DNA of 64,000 nucleotides from an uncultured Verrucomicrobiae bacterium (GTDB lineage Bacteria; Chlamydiota; Chlamydiia; Chlamydiales; Rhabdochlamydiaceae): NCBI GenBank assembly GCA_963731265.1, contig CAVSUE010000001.1, positions 224,001 to 288,000 of the forward strand, read 5' to 3'. Shown piece by piece: positions 60,899 to 64,000 of this stretch (position 1 is its first letter; each line of letters starts with the position of its first letter). The notes under the pieces were generated by a model. It saw only the letters and a program-made list of their open reading frames with translations, ran no database searches and was not told where the DNA came from. The position numbers and the translations under genes were made by a program.

Positions 60899-61576
60899 TT
60901 ACTTTCTTAGAAGGATCGGATGAACGGAGTCTTTGAGCATTTCATTGTATACATAGCCAAGTTTTTTTAAAGCCGCGGCATGGGGATCATGAGATCCTGC
61001 CCGGAACATCGTTTTTTCCGTCGCATACACGATCATGAAAAAATTAAGCCCGCAGGTTGCAAACAGATGAGGCCAAGGCAGAGAAAAGGAGGAAGAAATA
61101 AAAAGGGCGCTGCCGCTTTTAAGAGGCATGGGGAAAAAAGTGGGAGGAGAGGGGAGGTCTTCGAGTGGTAAAATCAGCCCGCCTGCAAGAGGGCTGAGAC
61201 AAGAAATCTCTTGAAGAGTGGAAGGAACATCGTACGGCGACGCTGCCGCGCAATTGAACATGGAGAAATATTGGTCAAAGCCATAACGAAGGGGAAGCGT
61301 TTGAAAAAGTTCAGAGGCCACCGTAGCAAAAGCATTTTTATGGGTAATTTTTTTGATTTCTTCGTTTTCTCGCCAAAGATCGTAGCCAGCGTAGTAGATG
61401 TCAGGAGCTGTCTTAGCTTTCAGTTTGGACGGAGAAAATTTTAGCCGCTTGGAAATCGTCTCTTCGGCGTTTTTCTTGAGAGAGCTCACTTGATCGGCAG
61501 GAAGAATATTTTCGAATTCAATGTAATTGTTTTTCTTAAAAAATTCTCGATGATCAGCAGTAATGGCAAAACGCAT
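60899..61576 (-). CDS. hypothetical protein (N-terminus resembles PhyH-like dioxygenases)
   Basis: MRFAITADHREFFKKNNYIEFENIL; start moved to 61576 because the longer ORF reads through a repeat element. Confidence 0.75.
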   Translation of the reverse strand: MRFAITADHREFFKKNNYIEFENILPADQVSSLKKNAEETISKRLKFSPSKLKAKTAPDIYYAGYDLWRENEEIKKITHKNAFATVASELFQTLPLRYGFDQYFSMFNCAAASPYDVPSTLQEISCLSPLAGGLILPLEDLPSPPTFFPMPLKSGSALFISSSFSLPWPHLFATCGLNFFMIVYATEKTMFRAGSHDPHAAALKKLGYVYNEMLKDSVHPILLRK

Positions 61577-61580
61577 AGAA

Positions 61581-61741
61581 GAACCTATCCCAGAATTCGA
61601 AAGATTTGATTTTTGAAGGATTTTTTCACAGATTTTAATGCCGATTCGCAGGACATAGTTGACCAACTAGGCCAAGAAGCGGCATTAAAAGGTGGGGAAA
61701 AAGACTCAAAAAGCATGTTTTTCCAATTCTGGGATAGGTTC
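61581..61741. mobile_element. MITE-like palindromic element (family B, full-length copy)
   Basis: Perfect 17-bp ends GAACCTATCCCAGAATT / AATTCTGGGATAGGTTC; inner TTTTAATGCCG...CGGCATTAAAA. Confidence 0.8.
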
Positions 61742-61744
61742 AAG

Positions 61745-62932
61745 CTACAAATGGTGAAAACGTTCAAGAGCTAGAGTTGTTTTATCCTGGGTTGTAAAAG
61801 CAGAGAGTCGAACATAGCCTTCTCCCTGCGATCCAAATCCTCTTCCAGGTATGGATATCAGATGACATCTTTTCAAGAGGAGATCAAAAAAATCCCAGGA
61901 AGACGTTCCTTGCGGCGTTTTACACCAAATGTAAGGAGAGTCGATCCCGCCGTAACAAGTGAATCCCAGTTTCTTAAGACCTTCTTTCAGGCGCGTGGCC
62001 TGTTCGAGATACAAGGCAATTTGCGCTCGAGTTTCTTTTTGACCTTCTTTTGTATAGACAGCTTCTGCTCCCCGCTGAATCGGGTACGCCACCCCATTGA
62101 ATTTCGTCGCTTGGCGCCGGTCCCAATAAGGATGAAGGGATAAAAATTTGCGCCCAACCTGACCTTTAACGGTTTTGGGAAGGATTGTATAGGCACAGCG
62201 CAGGCCGGTAAATCCCGCCGTTTTCGAAAAGCTGCGGAATTCAATTGCGCATTCTTTTGCTCCGGGGAGTTCATAAATGCTGCGGGGAACATCGGCAGAA
62301 GTAATAAATGCTTCGTAAGCATTATCGATGAGAAGAAGCGCTTTTTCACGAAGCGCATAATCGACCCACCGCTGCAGTTCGCTCCGGTTCATCGCCATCC
62401 CTGTCGGATTGTTGGGAGAGCAAAGGTAGACGAGATCGCAATGCTCGGGTGGCGGCAAAGGGGCAAATCGATTTTCCGGAAGGCAGGGTAAAGAGATAAT
62501 TTTTTTTCTTCCGGAGAGAATGGTCGAATCTAAATAAGCAGGGTAGGTGGGATCGGTAATTCCAACCACACTAGAAAGACTGAATAGATCCAGGATATTG
62601 ACGGTATCGCTGTTTGTTCCTTCGGAAATAAAGATCTCATCCGGAGTCATGCCGAAGGGAGAAAATTCATTTTTCGCAATGGCCTCGCGCAAAAAAAGAT
62701 ACCCATTATGCGGACCATATCCCTTCATCCCTTTTTCCGTTGTCATTTCCATAACGCTGTCAGTGATCGCCTTGGCGATCGAGGGCGCCAAAGGAAGAGC
62801 GACATCGCCGACGCCGAAATTCAGAATTTGAACATCAGGATGTCCTTTTTTTAACTCGGCGAGCTTTTGGTCGATGATCGGAAAGATGTATTCGCGCTTT
62901 AATTGCTTAAAGTGAGGATTTAATTTAACCAT
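61745..62932 (-). CDS. dapL: LL-diaminopimelate aminotransferase
   Basis: YIFPII, FGVGDV..PL, GYGP..GY.FLREAI, CSPNNPTG, IEFRSFSKTAGFTGLRC, GEGYVRLSAF. Confidence 0.95.
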   Translation of the reverse strand: MVKLNPHFKQLKREYIFPIIDQKLAELKKGHPDVQILNFGVGDVALPLAPSIAKAITDSVMEMTTEKGMKGYGPHNGYLFLREAIAKNEFSPFGMTPDEIFISEGTNSDTVNILDLFSLSSVVGITDPTYPAYLDSTILSGRKKIISLPCLPENRFAPLPPPEHCDLVYLCSPNNPTGMAMNRSELQRWVDYALREKALLLIDNAYEAFITSADVPRSIYELPGAKECAIEFRSFSKTAGFTGLRCAYTILPKTVKGQVGRKFLSLHPYWDRRQATKFNGVAYPIQRGAEAVYTKEGQKETRAQIALYLEQATRLKEGLKKLGFTCYGGIDSPYIWCKTPQGTSSWDFFDLLLKRCHLISIPGRGFGSQGEGYVRLSAFTTQDKTTLALERFHHL

Positions 62933-62939
62933 AGAGTTT

Positions 62940-63121
62940 CCTCGGCTTTACAACTTTTTGGGCCCGCCTGCCTCGCCTATTTACTCTCGGCCGTTCGACC
63001 GATGGTCGAACTGGGAGTTATTTAAAACAGGAAGGGGTTTTTAACCCCTTCCTGTTTTAAATAACTCCCCCGAGAGCAAATATTTCGAGGCCTTCGGGCC
63101 CAAAAAGTTGCAAAGTCGAGG
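62940..63121. repeat. nested palindromic element (family H) in dapL leader
   Basis: 26-bp outer arms (2 mismatches), second imperfect arm, GTTCGACC-GAT-GGTCGAAC, and a perfect 27-bp inverted repeat at 63013-63069. Confidence 0.8.
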
Positions 63122-63328
63122 TTCCGAGTATGTGCAGAGGGTTGAATGATGTAAAGCATATAAAATAGTTATTTTTAACTCGACTTTGTAACCTTTTGGG
63201 CCGGTAACTCACCTCCATACAGAAACGGATTTGGGTAGTCCGCAACATGTAATGGGATTGTATTTGTGGAATATTTTTTTAAGGTGTAAGTTGAAAATTT
63301 GATTATCTAAAAAGTATCGGATAGATCG

Positions 63329-64000
63329 ATGGCTAACAAATCTCTGTCGGCTTGGGTTCGGTCGCTCATCTATTTTTCTGTTTTCTCATCTAGCGTATCG
63401 CTTTACAGCGTGACTTATACGGTCATCAATAACAACAACATGGGGGCAGGTTCACTGCGTCAGGCTATCCTCGATGCGAATGGCGGACCTACAGGGGCGA
63501 TCATCCAATTTATGGGAGGATTGGGTACGCAAACGATCACGTTGATGAGTTCATTGCCGCAACTGGGATCAAATATTGTGACGATTGACGCCAATGGGAA
63601 TAATGTCACCCTATACGGCGCCAATTTGTGGCAGGAATTCTTCGTATCGCCAGCTCCGACGACGCTTACGATTAACGGTAATTTCATATTGTCTGGAACT
63701 TCCATTGGGGGCAATGGCGGCGGCACGGGAGGCAATGGCGGTGGCGGCGCTTTGGGAGCCGGCGGCGGATTGTTCGTCGGTCAAGGAACAACCGTTAGTT
63801 TGACGGGGCCTTCTTTTGCAAACTGCCACGCGATAGGAGGAGATGGGGGCGCACAGACTGTTGCAGGAACTGGCGGCGGCGGCGGCGGCGGCATGGACCA
63901 GTCAAATGGGGCAGATCCTGCCGGCGCTAACGGAGGGGCGGGCGGTGGCCCAAATGGGGGTTCGGGAGGATCCGGTATTGGCGGAAATGGGGGGTTTGCG
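63329..64000 (+). CDS. third Gly-rich autotransporter paralogue (5' part, runs off window)
   Basis: MANKSLSAWVRSLIYFS...VINNNNMGAGSLRQAILDAN...GGGALGAGGGLFV; same N-terminal motifs as 18426 and 24694; not in the ORF track because no stop lies in the window. Confidence 0.88.
   Translation, partial: MANKSLSAWVRSLIYFSVFSSSVSLYSVTYTVINNNNMGAGSLRQAILDANGGPTGAIIQFMGGLGTQTITLMSSLPQLGSNIVTIDANGNNVTLYGANLWQEFFVSPAPTTLTINGNFILSGTSIGGNGGGTGGNGGGGALGAGGGLFVGQGTTVSLTGPSFANCHAIGGDGGAQTVAGTGGGGGGGMDQSNGADPAGANGGAGGGPNGGSGGSGIGGNGGFA

Noticed and set aside
62933..63328. Lysine riboswitch upstream of dapL
   Set aside because: Characteristic conserved motifs such as AGAGGUGC were not found on the minus strand

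Overview
Chromosomal window from an environmental chlamydia (phylum Chlamydiota, probably Parachlamydiales-like). The taxonomic call rests on hctA-rlmD-yajC, mfd-alaS, tkt, amn, efp, hemE/hemG, dapL, and Inc-like and F-box genes. The window starts inside a 23S rRNA gene followed by 5S rRNA. The housekeeping backbone is interrupted by accessory DNA: AT-rich putative effector genes, including a Fic protein resembling the Legionella AnkX catalytic region; two tandem ~1940-aa Gly-rich autotransporters with near-identical 3' 3.78 kb and divergent 5' parts, plus a third paralogue running off the end; a decayed IS5 element; an IS3 element that truncates a toxin-immunity pair; and an AAA/DUF4143 pseudogene. 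Two unannotated layers stand out. (1) At least nine 87-180 bp palindromic MITE-like elements of several families sit against gene starts and stops; one has a visible empty/filled TA site. (2) Three short leader ORFs share one architecture (Ala/Ser or Arg codons on the left arm of a hairpin, stop, U-tract) upstream of two alanine/glycine symporters and behind ARG boxes next to argR, suggesting amino-acid-sensing attenuation. All calls are by eye; no searches were run.
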